Assembly: GCA_951406725.2 (NCBI GenBank)
Contig: OX597814.1
Location: forward strand, 222,084,001-222,148,000
Direction: 5' to 3'
Source: Octopus vulgaris
Lineage: Eukaryota
DNA length: 64,000 nucleotides
The notes below the pieces were generated by a model, which searched no databases, was not told the DNA's origin, and saw nothing but the letters and a program-made list of their open reading frames with translations. This document shows positions 1-12,727 of this stretch, piece after piece; positions within the stretch are counted from its first letter, which is position 1, and the number at the start of each line of letters is the position of its first letter. The position numbers and the translations under genes were made by a program.

Positions 1-24
1 TTTTGCGTTCTTGTCCTATTTTTT

Positions 25-476
25 AAGTGATTTAGGGCGCTAGTCAGCACCAGCGTTGCTAGAAATGAATGTCAAAACAACTCTTAACCACTTGAGAGCC
101 CTTATCTAGCCACTGACAAAAGAGACAAGCTCCGTACGGCAAGCGGGATGGAGTCATATCATCGATGATTTCAGATCCGATTAATCTTCGTCAGTGACCC
201 GTTACTCTGTCGCTGAGGGTTAAAAATGTAATTCACCTTGTCAGTCTTATGAACTCCGTAGGAAACATTGACTGATTCCGAAAATAGTGAAGTGAGAATT
301 ATAAATTGTGAAGGTGGCTAATCGCAATTTACAACCGAAAGGCACAAGTATAGTCGTCACTAAAGTAACCGAGGGTGCTAGTCACCACCAGCATTGCTAG
401 AAATAAGAGTCAAATCAGCACTTAGCCACCTTAGATCATTTATCTAAAGAGTGACAAGGGAGACAAGCTCCCTACC
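25..476 (-). mobile_element. Putative non-LTR retrozyme (338-nt monomer, ~1.3 copies) carrying a hammerhead ribozyme
   Basis: Diverged direct repeat ~25-137 vs ~363-475 (period 338) with a complete hammerhead at 151-200 between them. Confidence 0.7.
151..200 (-). ncRNA. Type I hammerhead ribozyme
   Basis: Minus strand reads GGGTCA-CTGACGA-AGAT(taatcgg)ATCT-GAAA-TCATCGATGA-TA-TGACTC: 6-bp helix I, 4-bp helix II, palindromic helix III ATCATCGATGAT, AUA cleavage triplet. Confidence 0.85.
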
Positions 477-479
477 GAT

Positions 480-703
480 ATATGTTTGTGTGTATGTATA
501 TATGTATGTATGTATGTATGTATGAATGTATGTATGTATGCATGCATGCATGTACGCATGTATGCATGTATGTATGTATGTATGTATGCCTGTATGTACG
601 TATGTATGTATGTATGTTTGTATGTATGTACGTACGTATGTATGTATGTATGCATGTATGTATGTATGTATTTATTTATTTATGTATGTATGTATGTATG
701 TAA
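480..703. repeat. (TATG)n microsatellite
   Basis: Direct reading; it explains the MYVC/HTYI ORFs. Confidence 0.95.
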
Positions 704-1164
704 GTAGGCATGTATAAGTACACCGAAACGTACAACGAAACTGACTCTAGACCAAGTTATATACAACACAGATGCAAAATAGAGATGTCACTACACAAAA
801 ATTAAACTTACGCTTACACACACGTTCACTAAGTTGAATATATGCTGTTCAACACAAGGGACTATTTCAGGCATTCTGAGCATGTATTCATACATGGACA
901 ATTCACAGCAAGTTATCATTTCTCACTGATAGTATGAGCGCGTTCGGGCCTTGTGCCTACACTAGAAAAGAATATGAATGCGTTCATATTCATTGTAACC
1001 ACTGGAACAGAAAGAGCACTCTTCAGTGCTCTGCCGTATCAAATGAATAAATAGATCCACTGTGTTTCTATTGCATTTCTATCATTTTATTACGATAGAC
1101 TTTCTATTGATTATCCATTGTGTTGTTTACAGTTTGCTTCACTTAATGCTAGGTATAATTTTCT

Positions 1165-1365
1165 TTGGTTTGTTTCAGTCATTAGACTGCGGCGATGCTG
1201 GGGCACCGCCTTGAAGGACTTTTAGTCGAATGAATAGACTCTCAATACTTTTCATTTAAAGCCCGGTAGCTTTCCCGAATCGCTAATTTACGAGGACGTA
1301 AAGTCACCAAAGGCGGTTGTCAAGCGGTGGTGGGGAACAAACACAGACACAACGATACATACAGG
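1165..1365 (-). mobile_element. SINE family B, diverged 3' part
   Basis: Similar to the reverse complement of 62900-63100. Confidence 0.7.
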
Positions 1366-2054
1366 TGAGCGCACACGCGTACACACACACACACACACAC
1401 ACACACATAAACACCCTCGCGCGCGCGGAGCTGCGAATGAGCCGTCCCTGTTTTCTCTTGTCCGTGCTTTTGCTGTTTTTCCTGTCTGTCTTTCTAACGT
1501 CTGTCTGTCTGTCCGGATTTTTATTGCCGTCTGTTGCGTTCTTCTACCATAGTTTTCTTTCAACGTCCTTTAGTTCATTCTTCCTCTGTTTAATAATACT
1601 TGTTACGTAACATAGGCTACAGACCCCATATTTATCAAAGACCCATATTAATCAAAGAAATTATTATTATCATCAGCATTCTTCTTCTTCTTCTTCTTCT
1701 TCTTCTTCTTCTTCTTCTTCTTCTTCTTCTTCTTCTTCTTCTTCTTCTTCTTCTCCTCCTTCTCCTTCTCCTCCCCTCCTCTTTTTCTTCTTTTCTCCCT
1801 CTCCTCCACCTTCTAGAAGTTCAAATTAGCGTTATGACTAGAGTGCCGTATCTTTGATTTTGGCAGAAAGTATTGTTTTAGAGAATGTCTGAGACAACAC
1901 AAGATAATTAGAAGATTGTTTCAAAAGTAATTTGATTATAGGATGATAGTGTGATCTTAAGATGGTAGCAAAAGGTATTAGCTATTGTGTACTTTTAAAA
2001 GTAAATTTGAAAATATTTACAGTTTAAAATGCTTTTAATATTGTTTTTATTCTG

Positions 2055-2265
2055 CGAGTTGGCACACACGTTAGCACGCCAGCAAAAATTGCTTAGCGGC
2101 TTTTCGTCCGTCGCTACGTCTCCTGTGTTCAAATTCCGCCGAGGTCAACGTTGACTTTCATCATTTCAGGGTCGATAAGTTAAGTACCAATGAAACACTG
2201 GGGTCGACGTAATCGACTAGCACTTCCCTCAAATGTTCATGCCTTATGCCTTTAATAGAGATGAT
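2055..2265 (+). mobile_element. tRNA-derived SINE family A
   Basis: gcgagttggca..gttagcacgcc..gttcaaattcc B-box, central tttcatc..gggtcgataa domain, (ATT)n tail; many copies in the window. Confidence 0.85.
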
Positions 2266-2381
2266 TATTATTATAATTATTATCATTGTTATTGTTATTG
2301 TTGTTGTTGTTGTTGTTATTATAATTATTATTATTATTATTATTATTATTATAATTATTATTATTATTATTATTATTATTA

Positions 2382-2930
2382 TGACATCAATGTGACACTA
2401 GGGTAAAATATACGAAGACCAGTATACCCGTCAGGACTACTGGTCTGATAAGGTACATGCATCACAAACATATGTGTGCGACATAGTGATCTCTTATGAA
2501 AATAAACAGTGCAAGTAGGGCCCAATTAAAATTTTTTTGCAGATTGAGTCGCCCATCCCGCTCAAAAGGACCCTGTACAATAGTTGTTTAAAGATGTTGA
2601 ACGAAATACCCATGTTTCCATAGGTGAATTATTCAAACCCCAAAGAATCTCTCTCAACACATGACAATGATGCCCTCTCGCCCTCTCGCTATCTCTGCTC
2701 GTGATCAGAGATGCAGATAATGTCAGTCACTAAGGGACATGCTCAGCTGGTTAAGGTCCAACAACTGACGAGCAAATCTGTGGTATTGAGCAGAATATTT
2801 GCTGTAGCCTATCTTTTATACCAAGACAAAACATGTACACGTTAACACTTCCAATCAGTTGAGATCAGAAGCCATAAGAGCCAGTGCCTGGTACTGCATC
2901 AGAGCATTTACCCTGGTGCTGCATCAGGAC
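2382..2930 (-). mobile_element. ~560-bp (TAA)n-associated non-coding retroposon
   Basis: Homologous to 43630-44198, 30478-30604 and 59685-60160; abuts a TAA repeat. Confidence 0.8.
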
Positions 2931-2944
2931 ATTGTTATCATTAT

Positions 2945-3561
2945 CTCTTTGTTAGCGGTTTTGTTGGAACACTTGGAGTCTTCCATACGTTGCGGGCTTA
3001 CTACATGCAGTCGACGGTATCATGCTATTCGTTCTTTTCAGCCATCTAATATTTCCCTGATTATTCTGGTCGTGCCAAGGAGGCAAACATTTTGTAACAG
3101 TTCTACTGGGCACTCAATTCCAATTTCCTTTATATTCTTCATTATGCCTTCTGATACTGTTCTCAAGCACCCAAAAGATAATTGGCACTCTCTTCACATT
3201 CTTCATTTTCCATAGCCGGGTTATTTTGTACTTAAGAGGACTGTATCTATCTATATTTTCGTCTTCCTTCTCGACTCTTCGTGGGTCAAAGGGGCATGAA
3301 GCGTCAACTATATAGCATATGTGGTGCACTTTGTCCACCACCACTAGGTCCGGTCTGTTATACTATAACGCCTGATCTGTTTGGATTTTGCTAGTCTCCA
3401 ACTCTGCCACTTTCTGCAGTTTGTGCTCGTACCATGCCTTGCCTCTCTCTAGCCCCCACTTTTCTCACAGTTTCCAATGTAGCACCCTCTCTATCTGGTC
3501 GTGTCACCACAACTTGTAGTGGTTTTCGGCAAGTCTAGGGCATTCGTTCGTGATATGGGCA
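2945..3561 (-). mobile_element. 5'-truncated, decayed R4/Dong-type non-LTR retrotransposon (RLE domain and 3' UTR)
   Basis: Translates HITNECPRLA..HD..LHWKL, CYIVDASCPFD..RYSPLKYKITRLWKMK..VPII, QNVCLLGTTRIIREILDG*; frameshifts present; 5' end joined to (AAT)n. Confidence 0.8.
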
Positions 3562-3585
3562 TTATTATCATCATCATCATCATCA

Positions 3586-3628
<43 letters not shown>

Positions 3629-3641
3629 CATCATTGTAACT

Positions 3642-3800
3642 AAGGCGGCGAGTTGGCAGAATCGTTAGCACGCTGGAAAAAATGCTTAGCGGCATTTCCT
3701 CCGATCTTACATTCTGAGTTCAAATTCCGCTGAGGTCGATGTAATTGACTTACCTCCTCCCCCAAAGTTGCTGGATTTAAGCCAAACTTTTGAAACCATT
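3642..3800 (+). mobile_element. SINE family A, internally deleted
   Basis: aaggcggcgagttggcagaatcgttagcac head and ATT tail. Confidence 0.8.
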
Positions 3801-5266
3801 ATTATTATTGTTGTTGTTGTTGTTGTTGTTGTTATCATTATCAACAAGTACATCGTCATTCATAGTTATATCAATCTATGGAATTCGCTGCTGAGAACTT
3901 TCAGAATGTAGGTTTCGCGAAATGATTCAAGATAAAGATTTCTGTGTATTCCATATGTCTACTATCGCGACACATTATTTGGATGCTTCATAATCTGACC
4001 TGAATTTTAGTATAAAATCTTGTCATTTTTACTAACGAGATATTTAGGAATTATATAGTTGATCGATTAAATTGTCTATGTCCTCTCTTGAACAACATTT
4101 TCCTCGCGTCCAATTAAGATATCACAATTATAATGCTATTACTAATTTCAGTGGTATTATCGCAATCAAGTCATATAATCGTAAACATTTTAGATATGAA
4201 ATAGTGTTTGAAACACTATGATTAGTGACTGCAGCACTTATTATCAACCTATCGATTTAGAATGCTTCAAAAATATAATTAATGCAATTATAATGGAACA
4301 TAATCAATTCCTTGCAGCCAGTATAATAAAGAACTAAGAAACTGAATGAAGATAATTGAAGATCAAAATTAAAAACACTGTTGCGTCTCTTTCCTTCTTA
4401 CCTAAATTCTTCTCTCTATCGGTAAAAATATAAGCAAAACACATTACACGCAAGTTTCGACATATATTCACTTATATATAGGAAATTATATGTAAAATGA
4501 CAAGGAAGAAATGTTAAGAATTATGTCTGCATTTTAAAGAATTTCGTTTAGGAACTATGTGGCTCCGTGTTTGATACCGCTCCGTGTCTCACGTGAGATT
4601 ATTGCTTTTGCTATTACTGTGAGTCAAATAATAGTTTCCGAAAAGAATGTATGCTAAGTAGCTGAGGTATGCTTTGTAGCTGACTATATAAGAAGTTTGC
4701 ATCGCAAACAAGGTGTCTCACGCTTGATCACTTATGTGGCCTCTTATGATTAATGTCATTTCCTAAAGTCACGGGTAGTCTCATTTCATCCCAGCGAAAT
4801 GACGTTGATGGAAATAGCACAGAAAACAATCTGGCGGCTAGTAATTGCATTGTTATGAAGTGTCATGCTGATTCTGCTTGTAAATTACATCAACAGTAAA
4901 CGTTAATTTCAGTTGAACGAACGGCTGATTTCTCATCGTCCCACGGTGGGGATACCATCTTTATGTGTGTGTATATAAGTATATACAAGATCTCCATTTT
5001 TTTTTGTCTTTCTTGTCGTACAAATTCGCTAGCTCTCTTAGAAAGGGGTCTAATGCTCTTAGCTTAGACTTTTGGTGGGGCAACCAGATAGAACCACTTC
5101 AAGTGTAACTGCCCGAAATAGTCGTGACATCTGGTACTTGACTGAAGAAAGAAGGCCACAGATGACCCGTCTTTTTTTGCCTGTCCTTCTAATTGTTGTT
5201 TCTCTTGTCCACCTTTGTAGCGTCTATCTGTCCGTATGTTTTTATTGTCCTCTATTGCGTTTTTGT

Positions 5267-5345
<79 letters not shown>

Positions 5346-5495
5346 GAGATTCAGATGAATTAGGTACTTAAGTTGAGGCACCAAAGATTAGTGTGGTATT
5401 ATCCGTACAATTTCAAAATAAGGTGAATAAAACGAAAATAAGCAACAGGATATCCAGAGGTGAACGAGTACGACATCCTGTTGCTTATTTTGATT

Positions 5496-5546
<51 letters not shown>

Positions 5547-6121
5547 TACATACGCACACACACACGTGTATATACGCGCATACTAGCACACGTCTATATA
5601 AGCACACACACACACAAACACGCGCACAAAGAAGATCATACATACGTCTATATATTTAACCACCTCTTGTGCATGTGCGTATATAGACGTGTGTATGAAC
5701 CTTTTTGGTGAGCGCGTGTGTGTGCGAGATTGTATATATATTTTTTTTTTTGGGCGAATAATGTGGGTGAGAATGTGTATGTTTCAAGTGAGGATGGATT
5801 AGTGTTTACTTATAGGCGCATATATGTGAGTGTGCGGGCGCACATGTGTAGGTATGGACATGCGCGCATACGCGAATACAATGAACTTTTTAACACCCTA
5901 CTTTTACTCCCCCTCACTTAGAGGTCATTCAAATAGCTATTTTGTCTTAATGACGGTCAATTACACAGTAATTTCCCTTTGTTTAACGGTCATTTTTCAT
6001 AGCCTTTTTTCCGATAACCGGATAACTGAAAAGATGGCGGCGTGGATCTCCACCCCTCAATCCGAAACTTGGAGTTTTATCATGGCTACCGAATAATTGT
6101 CACATATTACATTTACAGGTG

Positions 6122-6155
<34 letters not shown>

Positions 6156-6156
6156 C

Positions 6157-6372
6157 CCCGGGACTTATTCTTTGTAAGCCCAGTACTTATTCTATCGGTC
6201 TCTTTCCGAACCGCTAAGTAATGGGGACGTAAACACACCAGCATCGGTTGTCAAGCAATACTAGAGGACAAACACAGACACACAAACATACACACACATA
6301 TATATATATGTACATATATACGACAGGCTTCTTCAGTTTCCGTCTACCAAATCCACTCACAAGGCATTGGTC
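6157..6372 (-). mobile_element. SINE family B fragment
   Basis: Matches the reverse complement of ~62810-63025. Confidence 0.85.
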
Positions 6373-6382
6373 ATATATATAC

Positions 6383-6449
<67 letters not shown>

Positions 6450-8663
6450 GTATGTATATATACATACATGTATGTATGTATAATATATATTTTCATACAC
6501 CTATGCATTAGTGTGTGTGTGTGTGTGTGTGTATCATTGTATGTATGAATGTATTTGATTATGTATATAATATATGCTTTTGTATGTCTGTGGGGCTCTG
6601 TTATATTGGTATCACCAACATACGCTTTACCAATTAATTTGACGTCTTTCGAGAGTAGCACCTCCGTGGTTCTTTTGACAAGTTTTGCATTTAGTTATTA
6701 ACGACTCCTCATATATCATTGCATTTCGAACTAATTATAGTTGTCGTAGCTTTTAATATATTAAACCATTTTGAAACTGCTATCTGTATCAAATTTCGCA
6801 GAATTATATATATTTGCTACAATCTTTTATTTGATTCACTCGATTAGGCAACTAACTTAGATATGGATGAGGTGATTAAATATATAATTTTCTAATTAAT
6901 ACATAACCTATTTCAGTAAATTTTCATTTATGACGTTTTCACTCCCAACATTTCATATCCTATATTTGTGCACTGCCATGATACTTTCGAACGTCATTTA
7001 AATTATGTATACATTATTATCCTGAGAGGTTTTATCTCTCATTCTGTTTATCTTAGAAACGAATTAAAAAAAAAAAACAGATTATAGATTTATTAATGCA
7101 CTCACGTATTTTGCTTGGGTTTACTTTGTAGCTTAAACTAATTTCTAATTCATAACATTTACGTTAATAGATCTTTTTTAAACTCTCTTGAAATTTTATA
7201 CTATTTCGTTAATAGTTAATTCCTTAAATTTTTCGTTTTATATCATTGCAACTGAAATTGCAGAAGGCAAAACGTGATAATATTATGGACCTCTTCATAT
7301 TTCCTTTCTCTCCACATTTAGTTTCGTGTGTAATTAAAATGAGTTAATACGTCTAATTATAATTTAGGCATTAAAGTATGGAATTTATTCAATTTATATA
7401 TTATGATAGGAAATTTGAGCAATTTGTCTGTAAAAGATATGTTGGTTTTAACAGTACTGATAAAAATTACGTACCTTTTATGTCATCAATAAAAAAGGGA
7501 TGTGCATTAACTATATGTAAGCAAAGGTGTAATCTACAAGTTGTATTAATTAAATAGGTTCCAGTACAAAGTCGTGTACAAAGTGCAGAGTGAATCAAGA
7601 GCAATGTCAATGTTCATGACAAAACAAAGTTTCCTAATGAATCTAGTTCATTGCTATTTCTTCGGTAAAATTGTTGTATGTTAGCATATCCATGGAGGCA
7701 CTAAGATAATTAGTTGACGTTAGCATTTGGGTTTTGGAGTCTAATATTTTGGACATCATAGACTTCAACTTACCTATCTGTCAACTTGAAACAATATCAT
7801 TAAGTTACTAGTATAACTCATAATCCATATATCACTGACTGATTGATCAATTAACTAAGTAATTAATCAGTTGATCATTAAAAAATATGAGCACAATAAC
7901 CAATTGTGTAATAAATATACGCACATAAGCAGATTGCGGGTTATGGCAATGCGTTAGGTATAAGGAAAGTAAATTAACCTCCTCTGTAACATTGTTTTCT
8001 CCTGTATACCTAATTACATATAATTATTTGTTGAAATTTAAAATGTTTCATTAACCAATAAAATTGTTCTTAGGTGTACAACTGCCTGCTTTGGCTATCA
8101 TTGGACAAGTTACTTCAAAAACTAAAAGCGTATAGTTCTTTCGAATGAGGAACTGAAATCGAAATGTGAATTCTGTTCACGGCTTTTGGTATGCAGGGTG
8201 TTTCTAGCTAAAGAATATTGATAAAATAAATATTCACAATCATGATAAACGACTGGATATCAGAAATCTAAGAGACGATTCGCTCCAATATTTCAAACAA
8301 GTTACAAAATCACAAAGCTTAATTGTCTCAATTTCCTATGGAGACAAACCAATTTACTAGCTCTTAGTTTATTAGTGGATATCAACTTTGCAGAGACCAG
8401 TCAAGCCGTATCTAATTTATATGATCAGCTGGCGTATCAGTAAAATGTTTACCAGTATAAATTGTTTAATAATCGGAGTAATGATGGTGTAAACTAATTG
8501 AAGCACGAGATTCTATAGATTACAGTAATCGACGGCTATTGACATTTCTGATTTTAATTTCCTAAGAATTAACAAATGAGACTATGTAAAACCGACCAAC
8601 GTTAGACCTGGTGATCAATACACACTCACTCAACATACGTTATTAATAATTCACAAACGCTGC

Positions 8664-8720
<57 letters not shown>

Positions 8721-9189
8721 CAGAGATGAAAATAAATATTAGGTAGGTATAAGTATAGTGTCAAGAAGTTAGCCTCACTAGTATGTGCTTTCAGGTTCGG
8801 TAACATTGCACAATCTTTTGGTGAGTTTCTTTTCACTATACATTTGGAAGGACAAATGCGAATTTGTCAGTTTTAAGTGTGTGTATCTGTATGAGTTTCT
8901 ATGCATGTATGTGTCTTCTTATATAAACATTTGTGTGAATACGTTTTACCAAAGTATATCAGTTTCAGTGTAAATATACTGTAGGTGGTGTAATTTATAC
9001 AGTAGGTGGTGTAAAGATACAGTAGGCAGAATTATTTAATTTAGTGGTAGCCTCTCAAGTCTGGGAAATACGATTCTACAATTTCTTGCTCAACAGCCTT
9101 TACAATCTGTTTATAGTGATTAACTGTTTGTGCTGTATGTAAGCTTACACCCAACATCAAATTGACATTGCCTATACAGGTGTACGGTG

Positions 9190-9330
9190 TGTCACATATC
9201 AGATACCGATGTGAGAGCAAACCAACGCTACATGAAGTATTTTGCTCAAAAACACAACGCGGCACTGGTCCTGGAATTGAAACCACGATCTTGCGATAGT
9301 GAGTGCATCACCGAGATCACTAAGCTACAC
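9190..9330 (-). mobile_element. SINE family C-like head fragment
   Basis: tgaagtattttgctcaaaaacacaacgc..ggaattgaaaccacgatctt, as in 28080-28180. Confidence 0.6.
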
Positions 9331-9589
9331 ACCCACAAATCGAGGAACATGTGCTTTCAGGGGAAAAAATCACTTCTCATGTCTCTCGACCCTAAGTTAA
9401 AAGTGTACTTTTTTGTCTCATGCTATCATAAATACAGTGAAAAGATTACGATATATAACAACTTTTAAGCCCCAATAAACGTATGTTCTAATAAGTTTTC
9501 AAGGTGATCATTACTTCTAAGTACAATTTAGAAGAACGAATCTGTGCAGAAACACATTGTATTTACATACACACACACACACACACACA

Positions 9590-10510
9590 GAGGGTGCATA
9601 TGGTATTTCAGGACATATTTATGGCTTTAAAAAAAGCTTATATAATAACAGAAAAATGTATTTTGATAAAAATAACATAAATACAAAACTAAAGTATCAA
9701 TTTAATAATTTCATTCAATAAAACCACCATAAGCATCAGTAACTACCTCTATGCGGTGTCGAAATCGTTTACAAGCCCAGATTTAATGGGTCGTCGTTCT
9801 TATCGGACATCACTCGAACTATGGCAACATCTTTTTCAACGATGCTTCATACATAGTATGAGAATTAGGAGGAGAATTACAAAGCCAAATGTTGGGGGTG
9901 ATTTGATCATGCAAATCGTCGAACATCCCTTCTTCTGTGATTTGAGCCATATCTGATGGTGCAGAATCTTGTTGAAAGACATAAGGCGTTCCATTGCATA
10001 CACTGTTGATCCAAAGCTTAAGAACTTTATCCAGAACCTCAGTATAAGCATCAGCATTCACCCTAAGGCCTTGTGTGGAAAAAAGTGAGGTGGCATCAAA
10101 TGTTCTTTATTGCTTACAACACCCAAAACTATGACACATGCAGGAAATGTTGTGTATTACTGCTGGAACCTCAGAATGGTCAGCACATAGCCATCTGCCA
10201 TTTCTTCAGTTAGTTTTCTGGTCTTGGTCAAAGTTTTTGTCATCCGAGAAAAAAACCAAAACACACCATCTTCTGATGGACTTCCAAGTTTTGTTCAAAA
10301 GTCTTTTGGATCTGATTAAACGGTTTTCTTTTTCTTTTGTTTTCTCATCACGTAAGATTTGTATCTGATGTCTTTATGCACAAGGTGTGTGTTTGTGTAT
10401 ATTTGAGTAGTCTCTATAGAAAAGTTGAGTCAGTTGTGAAACTTGTTTCCAACTAATCGTCCTAACCATATTGGGAGTAAAAAGTATATCACAAGACTCG
10501 TGCCCCCTTA
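9590..10510 (-). mobile_element. Decayed IS630-Tc1-mariner transposon (maT/DD37D-like)
   Basis: FSDDKNFDQDQKTN.RNGRWLCAD, QGLRVNADAYTEVL..LWI..YVFQQDSAPS motifs, with frameshifts. Confidence 0.75.
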
Positions 10511-10541
10511 TATATATGTATATATATATATATATACATAC

Positions 10542-10610
<69 letters not shown>

Positions 10611-12727
10611 ATATTATATCATTTCATATTGTATTAAGTCATAATATATCATATCATATTACATTGTATTTTTATAGTATTATGGAAAAATCCTTCAATA
10701 GTATTGTAAATCATTTTCGGTTCAGAAACAATATTCTCTCATGGCCGACTTTGCTTTTCAGGTTCGATGAATACAACCATTTATACACTGAGTTGATTTA
10801 GTTGATTATACATCTCACTATGTGCTACTAGCAATGTATTAAATAAGAGAACATTACACAAATTCATACTGAAGTCAAATTTTCGCAAACTTTAGTACAA
10901 AGAACGGTTACTAAAGTACAGTTCCGCCGCGAGTAAGATCGTTGTGCTTGTCACCAGAGAAAGTAGAATTATGCTTGATCGAGTAATTAGATTTATATTT
11001 ATTAATGTTTACTACTGAATAACTTTATAATTTAAGTACGAAAATATGAAAGCAAGTTCCCACAGGGTTCGATATTAAATATTACTGGGCAAGCTATTCA
11101 ACACTTTAACGACCCGACCACTTCACCACATTTATAAAATGGGAAATTTAGGATAAAACATTTCACTGCTGGATGGATACTTCTCCGTGCATGACGCATT
11201 TTTTTAGCAGGGCTACTAACGCAATAACTTGATGTTAAAGAGGCAGGCAGTCTCGGAGCCTTTACACTAGGTTTTAACATTTGAAGAAACTGGAATAAAG
11301 TATTTGGCTCGTCAGCGCACAAATATATCTAACCTCCTCGTTTTGAATTAATAATATTATATTAAAGCAATGCATCGCAATTACTTCGTTGGATATCGTT
11401 AATAAAGACAGACTGCGTGTATTACATCCCAATTTCAAATAAAATCATTATTACTAGCTCGGAGAAAAAAATTGTATCCACATTGCAAAATGAGATATTT
11501 ATTTATTATACTAGGTTATCTAAAATATATATTTATATATCTATATAAATATTGTTTCAATGACGCCATTAAGTCATACATTATTGATAGTAGCCTATAA
11601 ACATTTAACAGATTACGAGAATTATTTATTTAGTATGTCATAAATGAAAATGATTTGGCTTGTGTGCATGTTTGTGGATTCGATTGCTTGTGATTGAGAG
11701 GAGTTATGGCATTGGGTAAGGATCTTGAAGTTGCTCCGATCCATTTAGCCAGCAAAAGGAAGTAAGATTAACATCCGTAAAGGTTCAGTGGTATCATAAA
11801 AAATTCCAGAAAGATATCGTTTCTCTTTTATAAAACTGGCATCCCGTTTCATAGTACTCATCACACAAAACATCGCCTACGCTGGAGTCAAGTATTACAC
11901 AATGGAGTGAAGCGCTCTCGAAGAAAGGAAAACTCAGTAACGTCAGTGGGAAGACTGTGTGGGTGGGGGCAACCTTGGCAGACGTTGGACAACCATCAGT
12001 AGCTGAGACAAAATTATCCAGGCACAGATCGATAGTATTTCGAGACCGACGAATGTTTATATATCCATAAAAATGGTGAATTGGTTAAGTCATTAAAGAA
12101 GTCGTATAGATAGTAATGTTTCATCCGACTCTCTGTGCTCTGTGTTCGAATATAAATAAGATCAAATTTGAAATTGAAATGTTGACGTTCGTAAATACAT
12201 TATCATTATCTAGCAATGTTTTAGTTGCAATCAGGTCGAAATACGCTTGTGGTAGTAAATATTTCATCTAATTCTATAGGAACAGCCATTGATGTTTATC
12301 TAAAACTCGGAGTAACATATTTTCACTGAGACTACGCTGCATGGTCTCTTCATTCCACGATACTCTGAGATGATGTAGACATCTGACGCAAGACACAATT
12401 CTGCACTTGTACGGCAATGTAGATTTCACGGATAGAGTGAGCTTACGTGCATGGTTGATCACTATAGACAAAACATCTCTGGGGTTATTCAGGAAGAAAC
12501 TGCCGAACTTTCATCCGTCCTTTAACAACAGGAGAGTCTATAATTTATATACATGTGAGTTTGCAGGGATATATTATTCAGGCGGATTGAGTTTGCTTCC
12601 AAATTCCAGCTACCATAACAGCCCGTATTCGATGCCAGTGCCTACAATAAGTTGTTAAACATTGGTAAATATTCTCGTTGGGTAATTCCGAGTTCCCTAC
12701 TCAGGGCTGCAAAGCTTCTGTAGAGTG

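Noticed and set aside
820-1045. Hairpin-rich stretch with a possible type III hammerhead on the minus strand
   Set aside because: Core reads CTGTGA and helices I/II are poor
5040-5170. GAAA..CTGAAGA with hairpins
   Set aside because: Helices do not assemble into a hammerhead
11240-11320. CTGACGA-GCC..GGC motif
   Set aside because: GAGAC instead of GAAAC, and no helix I
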